This document shows, piece by piece, positions 20,271-29,079 of a stretch of 64,000 nt of DNA (positions are counted from its first letter, which is position 1; each line of letters starts with the position of its first letter). Origin of the DNA: Chloroflexi bacterium bin125 (GTDB taxonomy: Bacteria; Chloroflexota; Dehalococcoidia; Bin125). The position numbers and the translations under genes are program-made. The notes beneath the pieces were generated by a model. The model ran no database searches, was not told the DNA's origin, and worked only from the letters and a program-made list of their open reading frames with translations. Where the stretch lies: NCBI GenBank assembly GCA_002239025.1, contig MPNM01000003.1:39959-103958 (forward strand), given 5' to 3'.

Positions 20271-21437
20271 CTAGGCGAAGGGATTGAGTTCTTCGTTGAG
20301 CGTGTTGAGATAGTCCGAGTAGATGTATCGGCGATCCCGCCGGCGCCCCGTAACCTCCTCGACGATGCCGAGATTAGCAAGGTGTTGAACCGCGGAATCC
20401 GCGGCAGAGAACGAGAGTGTTGAGCGATCACGAACAGCAGAAATGGTCAGCAGCGGCCGCTGCACGAATTCATGATGTGCTCGGATCGCGGAGTTGGCTC
20501 GTCGTCCGGAGGCAGCAATGCGGGTTCGATCAGCCTCAAACAGCCTGGTCAACCGTTGCGCAGTTTCGACGCCGTGTTGGGCTGTCAAACGAACGCCTTC
20601 GAGGAAGAACTGCAGCCAGGCCTCCCAATCGCCATCGTCGCGTAGCTGATTGAGCAGGTCGTAATAGCTCGAGCGGAACTGTTTCAGATAGAGACTGAGA
20701 TACAAGATCGGTTCGCTCAACGCTCCTGACTGTACCAGGATGAACGCGATTAACATCCGGCCGACCCGCCCATTGCCATCCAGGAACGGGTGGATCGATT
20801 CAAACTGAGCGTGCGCCAGACCAGCCCGAACCAGTGACGGCAAGCCATCGTCCGCTGCATGAATGAATCGCTCCAGATCACTCATGCATGATTCGACCTG
20901 ATCGTGAGGCGGAGGGACGTAGAGTGCGACACCGGGACGTCTACCGCCGATCCAGTTCTGTGATCGACGAAACTCGCCGGGCTGCTTCTCGGAGCCGCGC
21001 CCGCTCTGAAGTAGCAGCCGATGCAACTCGCGCAGCAGCCGATTGCTCAGCGGGAAGTCATCGTCTCGCATCCGGTGTAGTCCATGGTCAAGGGCGGCGA
21101 CGTAGTTGGATACCTCGGTGACATCATCGATCAATGCGCCAGGTCTGTTGCCGAGTTCAAATTCCAACAGGTCGGAGAGCGAAGACTGCGTGCCTTCAAT
21201 TTCGGAAGACAACTGCGCTTCCCGCCGAACGTAGGAATAGATGAAGAGGTCGGGATCCGGCAGGTGTCGGGTCACCGCATCCAATGAACCCAGGGCGATG
21301 GTTGCCCGCTCAAGCGGCCGGTGCAGATTGGAGAAGTCGAGCGGTGGGACCGGTGGCATCGGCGCCGGTACGTACGCTCTGACCGGTTCTTCGGCGAAAA
21401 GAGTCGTTTCGAAATGGCCGGTCGTTGTTCGCTTCAC
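20271..21437 (-). CDS. Fic family protein with C-terminal wHTH
   Basis: HPFLDGNGRVGR active site; SSEIEG inhibitory motif; likely GTG start at 21437 because the upstream ORF extension is the repeat array. Confidence 0.9.
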   Translation of the reverse strand: MKRTTTGHFETTLFAEEPVRAYVPAPMPPVPPLDFSNLHRPLERATIALGSLDAVTRHLPDPDLFIYSYVRREAQLSSEIEGTQSSLSDLLEFELGNRPGALIDDVTEVSNYVAALDHGLHRMRDDDFPLSNRLLRELHRLLLQSGRGSEKQPGEFRRSQNWIGGRRPGVALYVPPPHDQVESCMSDLERFIHAADDGLPSLVRAGLAHAQFESIHPFLDGNGRVGRMLIAFILVQSGALSEPILYLSLYLKQFRSSYYDLLNQLRDDGDWEAWLQFFLEGVRLTAQHGVETAQRLTRLFEADRTRIAASGRRANSAIRAHHEFVQRPLLTISAVRDRSTLSFSAADSAVQHLANLGIVEEVTGRRRDRRYIYSDYLNTLNEELNPFA

Positions 21438-21483
21438 AAGAGGGTGCTCAGTCGTTGGCTGGCAGCTGGATTGGCGAGGATCG

Positions 21484-21684
21484 TTGTTCCGTAAGTCGGA
21501 ATAGCGCAGTACGTTATTGTGACTTCGGCATGAAGCCAGAATAGCATGGGCCGTTATTCTTGGAAGCGGAATAGTCAGCCGCATTATTCTGACTTCGGAC
21601 GTAAAGCGGAATAGCTTGACTACTTATCCCGGAAGTCAGAATAAGAATGATAGCTATTCTAGGTTGAGGTCAAAAGACGAATAA
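21484..21684. repeat. Phased array of GAATAR-N9-YTATTC palindromes upstream of fic
   Basis: GAATAR at 21499, 21539, 21569, 21609, 21639, 21679 (40/30/40/30/40 spacing); inverse half-site 15 bp after each of the first five. Confidence 0.85.
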
Positions 21685-21694
21685 CGAGGGAGCC

Positions 21695-22579
21695 TCAGCC
21701 GCTCTGCAGACCCTGCAGGTGCTTGCCTGAGAACTCTGCCAGGACGGCCTCTGCGTCCGACGCCGGGTGGAGATTGGCGATGGCGTGGTCGAATCCTCTT
21801 GACTTCATCTCGGCCAGGGTTTCGGCCGCCTCGTCGATCGTGTCCTCGGCGATCACCGTGATCCGATTAATCATCAGCTCGAGCGCCGACGAATCCCGAC
21901 CGTGTGACTCCGCCTCCGATTTCACCAGGGCCCAGTCTTCGTCGAGCGTGTCGAGCATCGCCGGGTTGGCCAGGTAACCGTCGGCGTAGCGGCCGGCTCT
22001 GCGGAGTTGGCGCGGGTTGTTACCGCCCAACAGAATCGGGACGCGGCGCGGCGGCTGTGGTCGGCAGTACCAGCCCTTCGTGTTGTAGAACTCGCCCTCG
22101 AACGATCCAATCTCGTTCTCCCAGAGGTCGCGCAGCACCTGCAGGTATTCGTCCATGCGGGCGCCTCGGCGATCGAAGGGCATCGACAGGGCTTCAAACT
22201 CTTCCTTCCACCAACCGACGCCGGCGCCGAGGATGAGTCGTCCGCCTGCGAGATGGTCAAGCGTCGCCATCATCTTGGCGTGCAACACCGGAGCGCGCAT
22301 CGGCGCGACCAGCACGGCGGTGCCCAGTTCGACCCGCTCCGTGACCGCGGCAGCGTAGGTCATCAGCGTTAGCGGCTCGAGGAATGGAGCTTCAGCCGGA
22401 ACCAGAAAGCGCCCATCCTCCGAGTAGGGGTAATCCGAGCCCTGGTCGGGCCGCAGCACGACATGGTCGAATGTCCAGAGCGAGTCGTAGCCGTTTGATT
22501 CCACGGACCGAGCCACACGCGCGATGTTCTCAGGGCTTGCAACTCCACCGACCTGTGGCAAGTAGATCCCGACTTTCAT
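21695..22579 (-). CDS. LLM-class F420-dependent oxidoreductase
   Basis: GYDSLWTFDH, LGTAVLV, GRLILGAGVGW. Confidence 0.9.
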   Translation of the reverse strand: MKVGIYLPQVGGVASPENIARVARSVESNGYDSLWTFDHVVLRPDQGSDYPYSEDGRFLVPAEAPFLEPLTLMTYAAAVTERVELGTAVLVAPMRAPVLHAKMMATLDHLAGGRLILGAGVGWWKEEFEALSMPFDRRGARMDEYLQVLRDLWENEIGSFEGEFYNTKGWYCRPQPPRRVPILLGGNNPRQLRRAGRYADGYLANPAMLDTLDEDWALVKSEAESHGRDSSALELMINRITVIAEDTIDEAAETLAEMKSRGFDHAIANLHPASDAEAVLAEFSGKHLQGLQSG

Positions 22580-22692
22580 GGCTCACTCCCTCTCGGTCTG
22601 CTTTGGGCGGTACCCTCCGCAGATATGCGGCTTCTGACCGGACGTTCGCCGAACAGTATGACTGACCCGACGCCGACGCGGCAGTCGGCCTC

Positions 22693-23958
22693 GTGAGCCA
22701 GCGTCCGGCATTCGATCGGCCGCCACTGCGGCGTTTGTTCGGCATCCGCGATTACCGAGTGCTCTGGGCCGGTGCGTTGTGCATGATTATTGCGCAACAG
22801 ATTCGTTTCATCGCGATCCCACAGTGGTTTCTCGACCAGACCGGTGCCGATTCGTTCGCCGAGGTCGCGATCATCGGTGCGGTGCAGCTGCCGATCCAGG
22901 CATTCGCCGTCCTCTATGGGGGCGCGCTGGCCGACCGCTTCGACCGCCGCTGGCTGATGGCGGGCGCGAACATTACCGTGTTGGTCATTCTGATCGTCGT
23001 CGCCGCAGCCGCCAGCGCCGATCTGCTCGAGTTTTGGATGGCCTGGGTCGCGCTGGGCGCGTTGGGCGGACTAGCCACATTCGTGGCGCCGGCCCGCGCG
23101 ACGATTACTCCACGCGTTGTTCCGCCGCGATATCTCAGCGCAGCGGTCACCCTGGATACCAGCACGCAGATGAGCGGCTGGATCCTGGGCGGCCTGATCG
23201 TCACAGCATTGGCCGTCGGACTCAACGCAATCGGGATGCTCTGGGTTGCTGCCGGATTCGCAGCAGTCTCGGCAGTGATGCCGTTACTGATTCGCACGTC
23301 GGCACGGGCCGTGTCCGAGCGTCAGTCGACGGTGCGCATGGTGATCGACGGCGCCAAGTACGTTTCGCGCCATCCGATCCTGCCGGGCCTGTTCATTCTC
23401 GACTGGGGCATCACGATCATCTCGTACTACCGCGAGATCCTGCCCTTGCTCGCGACCGGCCTGTTCATGGCCGGCGTCGGCGCTGCCGGAGCGCTGGGTA
23501 CGGTCAACGCGGTTGGTTCAGCCTGCGGCATGATGCTCGCCCTGTTCCTGGTCAACTATCGAGCCAAGGGGATCATGGTGCTGGCCGCCTCGGCGGTCTA
23601 TGCGGCGTTGTTGTTTGCACTCGGCGCTGCGCCATTTCTCTGGGTTGGGATGATCGTGATTGCAATGCTCGGCGCCGCTGATGCAGTCACGGTCGCGGTC
23701 AGGCAGGTCACCGTTCACCTGACCACTCCCGACGAGATGCGCGGCCGCGCGTTCTCCGTCATGGTGCTGATGGCGCAGACCGCGAACAATCTGGGCATCA
23801 TCTGGGTGGGATTCTGGGGCGACGAGGTCGGTGTCGATACCACATATTTCATGGGCGGAGCGATTGGCCTTGGAGCGACGCTTCTAATCGGCGTACTCTG
23901 GCGTTCGATCAGCCGGTATCGGGCGCCGGCGCATGCTCCTGATGCCCCGTTCGAGTAA
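22693..23958 (+). CDS. MFS transporter (DHA3/EntS-like)
   Basis: About 12 TM helices; GGALADRFDRR; TPDEMRGRAFS. Confidence 0.9.
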   Translation: MSQRPAFDRPPLRRLFGIRDYRVLWAGALCMIIAQQIRFIAIPQWFLDQTGADSFAEVAIIGAVQLPIQAFAVLYGGALADRFDRRWLMAGANITVLVILIVVAAAASADLLEFWMAWVALGALGGLATFVAPARATITPRVVPPRYLSAAVTLDTSTQMSGWILGGLIVTALAVGLNAIGMLWVAAGFAAVSAVMPLLIRTSARAVSERQSTVRMVIDGAKYVSRHPILPGLFILDWGITIISYYREILPLLATGLFMAGVGAAGALGTVNAVGSACGMMLALFLVNYRAKGIMVLAASAVYAALLFALGAAPFLWVGMIVIAMLGAADAVTVAVRQVTVHLTTPDEMRGRAFSVMVLMAQTANNLGIIWVGFWGDEVGVDTTYFMGGAIGLGATLLIGVLWRSISRYRAPAHAPDAPFE

Positions 23959-24004
23959 ATCAGTGGAGTGAGTTGAGTCGGCGCAGGTCGGTTTGGAGAA
24001 AATC

Positions 24005-24685
24005 ATGGTCTTCAGCGAGCAGCTGATCGACTTCTTGGTCGAGCTGTCCAGCCACAACGATCGAGAGTGGTTCAAGGCCCACAAGGACGACTACGAGAAC
24101 ATCTTGCGAGAACCTGCGCTGGAGTACATCCGCGAGGTGGCTGGTCCGTTGGCCGATATCTCACCGCACATGAGAGCCTCTGACCGCAAGCAGGGCGGAT
24201 CGCTGATGCGCATCTACCGCGATGTGCGGTTCTCGCGAGACAAGTCGCCGTACAAAACCAACGTCGGCATCCAGTTCCGGCACGAGTCGGGCAAGGACGT
24301 ACACGCGCCGGGCTACTACGTCCACATCGCGGTCGACGACTGCTTTATCGGCGTGGGCAGCTACATGCCCGACCGCGACGCACTGCTCGCTTACCGCCGA
24401 GCAATCGACGAGCATCCGCGCGATTGGCTCGAGATCAAGAAGCTGACCGAGTCGGACGACTGGATGCTGGGAGGTCACGGCGACAGCCTCAAGCGCCCGC
24501 CACGCGGCTACACCGCCGACCATCCACTAATCGAGGACATCAAGCGCAAGCACTTCATCATCACCCACTACGTCGACATCGAAGACGTGACCTCGCCAGA
24601 CTTCGTCGACTACTCAATCGAGCGGTTCAAAGAGACAAAAGAGTGGATGGCATTTCTGACGAAGGCAGTCGGCCTGCCGTTCTGA
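24005..24685 (+). CDS. DUF2461 family protein
   Basis: NDREWF, RIYRDVRFSRDKSPYKT, LKRPPRGY. Confidence 0.92.
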   Translation: MVFSEQLIDFLVELSSHNDREWFKAHKDDYENILREPALEYIREVAGPLADISPHMRASDRKQGGSLMRIYRDVRFSRDKSPYKTNVGIQFRHESGKDVHAPGYYVHIAVDDCFIGVGSYMPDRDALLAYRRAIDEHPRDWLEIKKLTESDDWMLGGHGDSLKRPPRGYTADHPLIEDIKRKHFIITHYVDIEDVTSPDFVDYSIERFKETKEWMAFLTKAVGLPF

Positions 24686-24690
24686 CAACG

Positions 24691-24802
24691 ACCTCCCCCT
24701 CTGGGGGAGGTGTCACGAAGTGACGGAGGGGGCAGCTCCACCGACATCGCGCAGCAACGGCCGGCCCCCTCAGCCTTCGGCAGCTCCCCCAATAGGGGGA
24801 GC
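24691..24802. repeat. Family A palindromic doublet
   Basis: CCTCCCCCTCTGGGGGAGGTGTCACGAAGTGACGGAG ... CTCAGCCTTCGGCAGCTCCCCCAATAGGGGGAG. Confidence 0.85.
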
Positions 24803-24867
24803 TGTTGAGAGCGCTGTCTATCCTGCGATTCACTTGTGTTGACATTTTGCTCGATGAGGAGGACGCA

Positions 24868-25350
24868 ATGACCCAGCAGACCCCCGAACGGAATATGCCC
24901 CCGGTCGCTCCGGACCTTGAAGGCGACCCGGTGGCTCCGCCCGAGGACTCACGATTTGTGATCAAGCCGATGGGCGAGACGCCCGTCAGCATCGGCCGCA
25001 ACATCCACTCTCGGCGCATGTTCACGACGGCTGAGGGTCGATTTGAGAGCTCGTTCCAGTTTGTGCTTTACAACGTCCTGCCGGTCGGCGAGACCAATGT
25101 GCGGCACATCCACGAGGACATTGAGAAGGTCTACTACTTCCTCAAGGGCAACGCCGAGATCGACTGCGGCCCCTGGCGCACGACGGCGACGGCCGGCGAC
25201 TTCCTCTTCTTCCCCGCCGATATCGCGCACCAGATTTACAGCCAGGGTCCTGAAGACCTTGAGTTCATCGTCTGCGCCGCCCAGACCACGAGTGAGGCTC
25301 GAGGGATGTTGGATGGCGGCTTGCTTGAAGACAGTGGTGAGGACGAGTAA
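24868..25350 (+). CDS. Cupin domain protein
   Basis: HIHEDIEKVYYFLKG ... GDFLFFPADIAH; GAGGAGG SD. Confidence 0.88.
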   Translation: MTQQTPERNMPPVAPDLEGDPVAPPEDSRFVIKPMGETPVSIGRNIHSRRMFTTAEGRFESSFQFVLYNVLPVGETNVRHIHEDIEKVYYFLKGNAEIDCGPWRTTATAGDFLFFPADIAHQIYSQGPEDLEFIVCAAQTTSEARGMLDGGLLEDSGEDE

Positions 25351-26402
25351 TGGCCGACCAGGATGCGACAGAGATTGTCCCGCTTGAGCCGCTCAGAGTC
25401 TTTGGCAAGGCGGTCTACGAGGCATGCGGCGTGCCCTCGGACGACGCGGAATTCACCGTCGAGATCCAGCTCACCGCCGACCTGCGCGGTGTCGATACGC
25501 ACGGATTCCAGCGACTCGGCTGGTACGCGGGACATCTTCAGGCCGGCCGCTACAACCCGACGCCGAGACTTGAAGTGCTCAAGCAGACGCCGGTCTCGCA
25601 CGTAGTCGACGGCGACGGCGGCATCGGTCAATTGGTCGTCGCGCGGACGATGCAGCGCACGATTGCCAAGGCGAAGGACACGGGACTGGCGCTGGGCACA
25701 TTGCGCAACAGCAATGACTGGGGCATGGGCGCGTTCTATCCGATGATGGCCGCTGCCCAGGGATTCGTCTCGTTTTGCACGACAACGAGCGTGCCCACGA
25801 TCGCCCCCTTCGGATCACGAACGCGGATGACCGGCAACAACCCGATGGCCTTCGCCGCGCCACGAGCTTCCGGCCCGCCGGTGGTGCTCGACATGGCGCT
25901 GACGCCGGTCGCTCTGGGCAAAGTGATGAGGGCGCGCGCCGAGGGTCGCGAGATCCCCGAAGAGTGGGGATTCCAGGACCTCGAAGGTCAGCCCACCACC
26001 GATCCGGAGACGGCGATGGGAGGAGTGATCCCCGCCCTGGGCGCCGTCTCGGCCTACAAGGGCACAGGCCTGAGCAGGTTCATGAACCTGCTCGCCGGAG
26101 CCTTACCTGGGGGATTCCACAGCAATCAAGTCAACATCGGCAAGCGCGGACAGTTCCTGCTGGTGATCGATCCTGAGATCTTCGGCGAGGCGGAAACATT
26201 CTCATCCGCGGTCGATGAAATGGTCGAGCAGGTCAAATCGGCTGATCCGTTGCCGGATGTCGGGGAAGTCTTCGCGCCCGGCGAAATCGAACAGCGCGCC
26301 TATGAAGAGCGAATCGCAGCGGGCCACGTCGTCTATCCGTCATCAACACTGCAGGACCTGCGAGAGTTGTCGTCGGAGATGGGGATTCCGCTGGAGGTTT
26401 AG
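25350..26402 (+). CDS. Ldh_2 (malate/L-lactate/sulfolactate/ureidoglycolate dehydrogenase) family
   Basis: ADLRGVDTHG, GNNPMAFA, VLDMA, YKGTGL. Confidence 0.9.
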   Translation: MADQDATEIVPLEPLRVFGKAVYEACGVPSDDAEFTVEIQLTADLRGVDTHGFQRLGWYAGHLQAGRYNPTPRLEVLKQTPVSHVVDGDGGIGQLVVARTMQRTIAKAKDTGLALGTLRNSNDWGMGAFYPMMAAAQGFVSFCTTTSVPTIAPFGSRTRMTGNNPMAFAAPRASGPPVVLDMALTPVALGKVMRARAEGREIPEEWGFQDLEGQPTTDPETAMGGVIPALGAVSAYKGTGLSRFMNLLAGALPGGFHSNQVNIGKRGQFLLVIDPEIFGEAETFSSAVDEMVEQVKSADPLPDVGEVFAPGEIEQRAYEERIAAGHVVYPSSTLQDLRELSSEMGIPLEV

Positions 26403-26512
26403 AGGACTCGCAATTCGATCGCTGTGTACCTGGTTCGATCGCTGTGCGCTTGGCACGCGTCCCTGCTCGGAGCCAGACCGGTGAATGGAAGATCGATCAG
26501 CCCACATTGCAC

Positions 26513-26609
26513 CGTCATACCCGCGCTTGCCGCGGGTATCTCGCTGAGAGGTGCACAGACGTCAGTTAGGTGCGCTGCGAGGTTGCCGCGACAGAGCGCG
26601 GCAATGACG
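26513..26609. repeat. Family B palindromic doublet
   Basis: Same left arm as 16371 copy; right arm CGAGGTTGCCGCGACAGAGCGCGGCAATGACG. Confidence 0.85.
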
Positions 26610-26662
26610 GGATCGATATGGATGCTAAAGCACTCTTGGCGCCTCCCGATGGCGAAGGACGA

Positions 26663-27703
26663 TCAGCGCTCGCAGACCACGCCGTCACCGTCGCCATCCC
26701 TGGCCGACGGCACAGCATCGGCAGGAAATCCTCGACCCCGGCCGTTGCTGCCGGTGTTGCGCTCGAGCCCTGCGGCTTGGGCGTCGTCGCATGATGCGTA
26801 GGTCTTATCGCTGGTTCCGCCCGCGTCCGCTGCTGGATTGCCGTCGCTCTGCTGCGGCTGAAGATGGATAACAGTCGGCCGCCGTTCGGGAAACTCCGGC
26901 AGCCTCGCATAGTCGGACGGGCAAGTGTCCAGCATTTCGCGCAGCGCGCCGATCTCGTCTCGGTCGGCGCTGAGCGACCATTGCAACTTCACCGCGATCC
27001 AGTCGTGTGCGTACTGACACCAGGCGCTGCGCGAGGGCGGCCTCCACTCGGCCGGATCCTGCGCGCTCTTGTTCCGATTGCTCGCGGCCGACACCGCAGT
27101 GAGCGCCGCTGGGAATCCGTAGTCATTGGCGAACCTGGCTTTGCGCTGAGCCGGCCAGCGAGCCGCCCCCGATCGATGCGCCTCGGCCAGCGGCACCATG
27201 TGGTCGATGTCGAGATCGGACGGGTTGTGGAACTCTTCGCCGTCGTACCAGGAGCGCCAGACGCCATCGATTGGCCGGCAATCCTGATTGACCTCGGAGA
27301 TTGACAGCGCTTCGGCGATCAGCACCAGTTCACGAACGTTGCATTCGTCTCGGTGCGTGTCGGCCCAGCCGCCCGGCTGGTAGTCCTCGCGTTCATACTC
27401 GATCCCGGAATCTGACTCGTCGCCCATCGTCAACCGAGCGAGTAGTTGCTCGTGTGGATCCGGAGCTTCCGTAACCGACGACTCCGGTTGTTGCTCTTGA
27501 GGCAACGGTTCTTCCTGGACCTGTCCATTCACAGCCTGGTCGCGCTGTGACGATTGCTGCGTGGTCGCCCGCTCAGTCGGCGAAGCTTCCTCTTCGGCCA
27601 CGCAGGCCGTGAGCAGCAGAACCAAACCTGCGAGCAGCAGCGAGGAACTCGTTCGCCAACGCGCCAATGCTTCTTCGTTCGTCACTCCGGCCCGTTCCCT
27701 CAA
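26663..27703 (-). CDS. Lipoprotein HNH nuclease (DUF1524/GmrSD C-type) with C-terminal Excalibur Ca-binding domain
   Basis: Lipobox LTAC; [11 protein letters not shown]...SNRNK; YASCDDA...[10 protein letters not shown]; start may be GTG 27685. Confidence 0.85.
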   Translation of the reverse strand: MRERAGVTNEEALARWRTSSSLLLAGLVLLLTACVAEEEASPTERATTQQSSQRDQAVNGQVQEEPLPQEQQPESSVTEAPDPHEQLLARLTMGDESDSGIEYEREDYQPGGWADTHRDECNVRELVLIAEALSISEVNQDCRPIDGVWRSWYDGEEFHNPSDLDIDHMVPLAEAHRSGAARWPAQRKARFANDYGFPAALTAVSAASNRNKSAQDPAEWRPPSRSAWCQYAHDWIAVKLQWSLSADRDEIGALREMLDTCPSDYARLPEFPERRPTVIHLQPQQSDGNPAADAGGTSDKTYASCDDAQAAGLERNTGSNGRGRGFPADAVPSARDGDGDGVVCER

Positions 27704-27795
27704 ATCCGCACGCTATCGATGTATTGGCGGCCGTTGCTGCGCTACAGCCTTGCGACGCCCACTATCCTGAGGCGGAAGCCGAGAGGATGCTTGCC

Positions 27796-28932
27796 ATGGT
27801 CAGCCCAATTGTCTATTCCTGTGATTCCCATGTGGTCGAGGGACCTGAGGTCTTTGACGGACTCGTGGAAAAGTACGGCGACCGCGCCCCGCGCGTGGTC
27901 GATGGCTGGAAGGGCCGCGAGGGCGTCTACCTGGCCTGGCCGCAGATCGACTTCGCGATGCTCGTCGGAAGGCTCGGCATTGCCGGCGCCAACCTCAATC
28001 TTCCCGAGACCAAGGAGAAGATGCAGCGCGGCTGGGATCTGATCAACCCCGGCGTCAAGGACCCGGTTGCCCGGCTGACCGAGCAGGACACCGACGGCGT
28101 CGTCGGCGAGGTGATGTACCCCTCGATCAACATGCTGACCTACATGGTCGACGACGTTGAAGTCGTCAACGCTGTGTTCCAGCGCCACAACGACTGGATC
28201 CGCGACTATTGCTCGCACAACCCGGACCGGCTGATTGGCATTGGCTGCCTGACCCTGCGCGACGTTGATGCCGGCATCGCCGAGCTCGAGCGCTGTGCCA
28301 AGATGGGCATCAAGGGCGTCGCGATTCCTTGCACCGCGCCCAAGGATCTGCCCTACTCCGACCCCTACTACGAGCCCTTCTGGACGGCGGCTGAAGAGGT
28401 CGGGATGCCGCTGACGATGCACATTTTCTGTGGCTCAGAGCCTGGCATGGGTCTGCCCAAGGAGTGGGACGAGGTCGTCAGCTACACGCTGGCGCACGGC
28501 GCGGCCTGGAATACGATCTCCAACCTGGTCACTTCGGGCGTCTGCGAGCGTCACCCGAACCTGCGCTTCGTCATGGCCGAGTGGGAGACGGGCTGGATCG
28601 CTCACGTGCTACAGCGCTGGGACCACGCCTACTACCGCGCCCGAGCCGTCGACCGGACGCCCGAGCTGCCGATGCTGCCAACCGAGTACTTCAAGCGCAA
28701 CTTCAACGTCACCTTCGAGGACGACGAAATCGGCGTCATGACCCGGCACGGGATCGGCGTCGACAATCTGCTCTGGGGTAACGACTACCCGCACCACGAC
28801 GCCATCTGGCCAAACTCACGCCGAATCCTCGACGAGATCATGGAAGGCGTCCCCCAGGAAGACGTCGACAAGATGGTCTGGGAGAACGTGCAAAAGCTCT
28901 ACAACATCGACCAGTCAGCGCTGCCGGTGTAG
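27796..28932 (+). CDS. Amidohydrolase_2 family protein
   Basis: SCDSH, HNDW, PLTMH, WGNDYPH. Confidence 0.9.
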   Translation: MVSPIVYSCDSHVVEGPEVFDGLVEKYGDRAPRVVDGWKGREGVYLAWPQIDFAMLVGRLGIAGANLNLPETKEKMQRGWDLINPGVKDPVARLTEQDTDGVVGEVMYPSINMLTYMVDDVEVVNAVFQRHNDWIRDYCSHNPDRLIGIGCLTLRDVDAGIAELERCAKMGIKGVAIPCTAPKDLPYSDPYYEPFWTAAEEVGMPLTMHIFCGSEPGMGLPKEWDEVVSYTLAHGAAWNTISNLVTSGVCERHPNLRFVMAEWETGWIAHVLQRWDHAYYRARAVDRTPELPMLPTEYFKRNFNVTFEDDEIGVMTRHGIGVDNLLWGNDYPHHDAIWPNSRRILDEIMEGVPQEDVDKMVWENVQKLYNIDQSALPV

Positions 28933-28950
28933 GGCGAATAAGGCCGTTGC

Positions 28951-29064
28951 TATCGGATTGACAGTTTCCGATAATGGATTGACACTTGCGGGCCGATGTT
29001 CGGGCAGCCTCGGCGATATCGCCTTACTATCGGATCAAGAGTATCCGATAGTTGACCGATAGTT
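28951..29064 (+). promoter_or_regulatory. Operator pair TATCGGA-N9-TCCGATA upstream of second fic
   Basis: Perfect-arm palindromes at 28951-28973 and 29028-29050; extra CCGATAGTT at 29056; TTGACA at 28958 and 28979. Confidence 0.75.
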
Positions 29065-29079
29065 CCGTGAGAGACATCG

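Noticed and set aside
21438-21584. N-terminal extension of the Fic ORF in the track
   Set aside because: It translates the palindrome array; GTG 21437 is the more plausible start
21484-21684. Array as a CRISPR or TIGR-type guide array
   Set aside because: Conserved parts are only 6-12 bp and alternate in orientation, the period alternates 30/40 bp, and no cas or Nop-domain gene is nearby; operator array fits better
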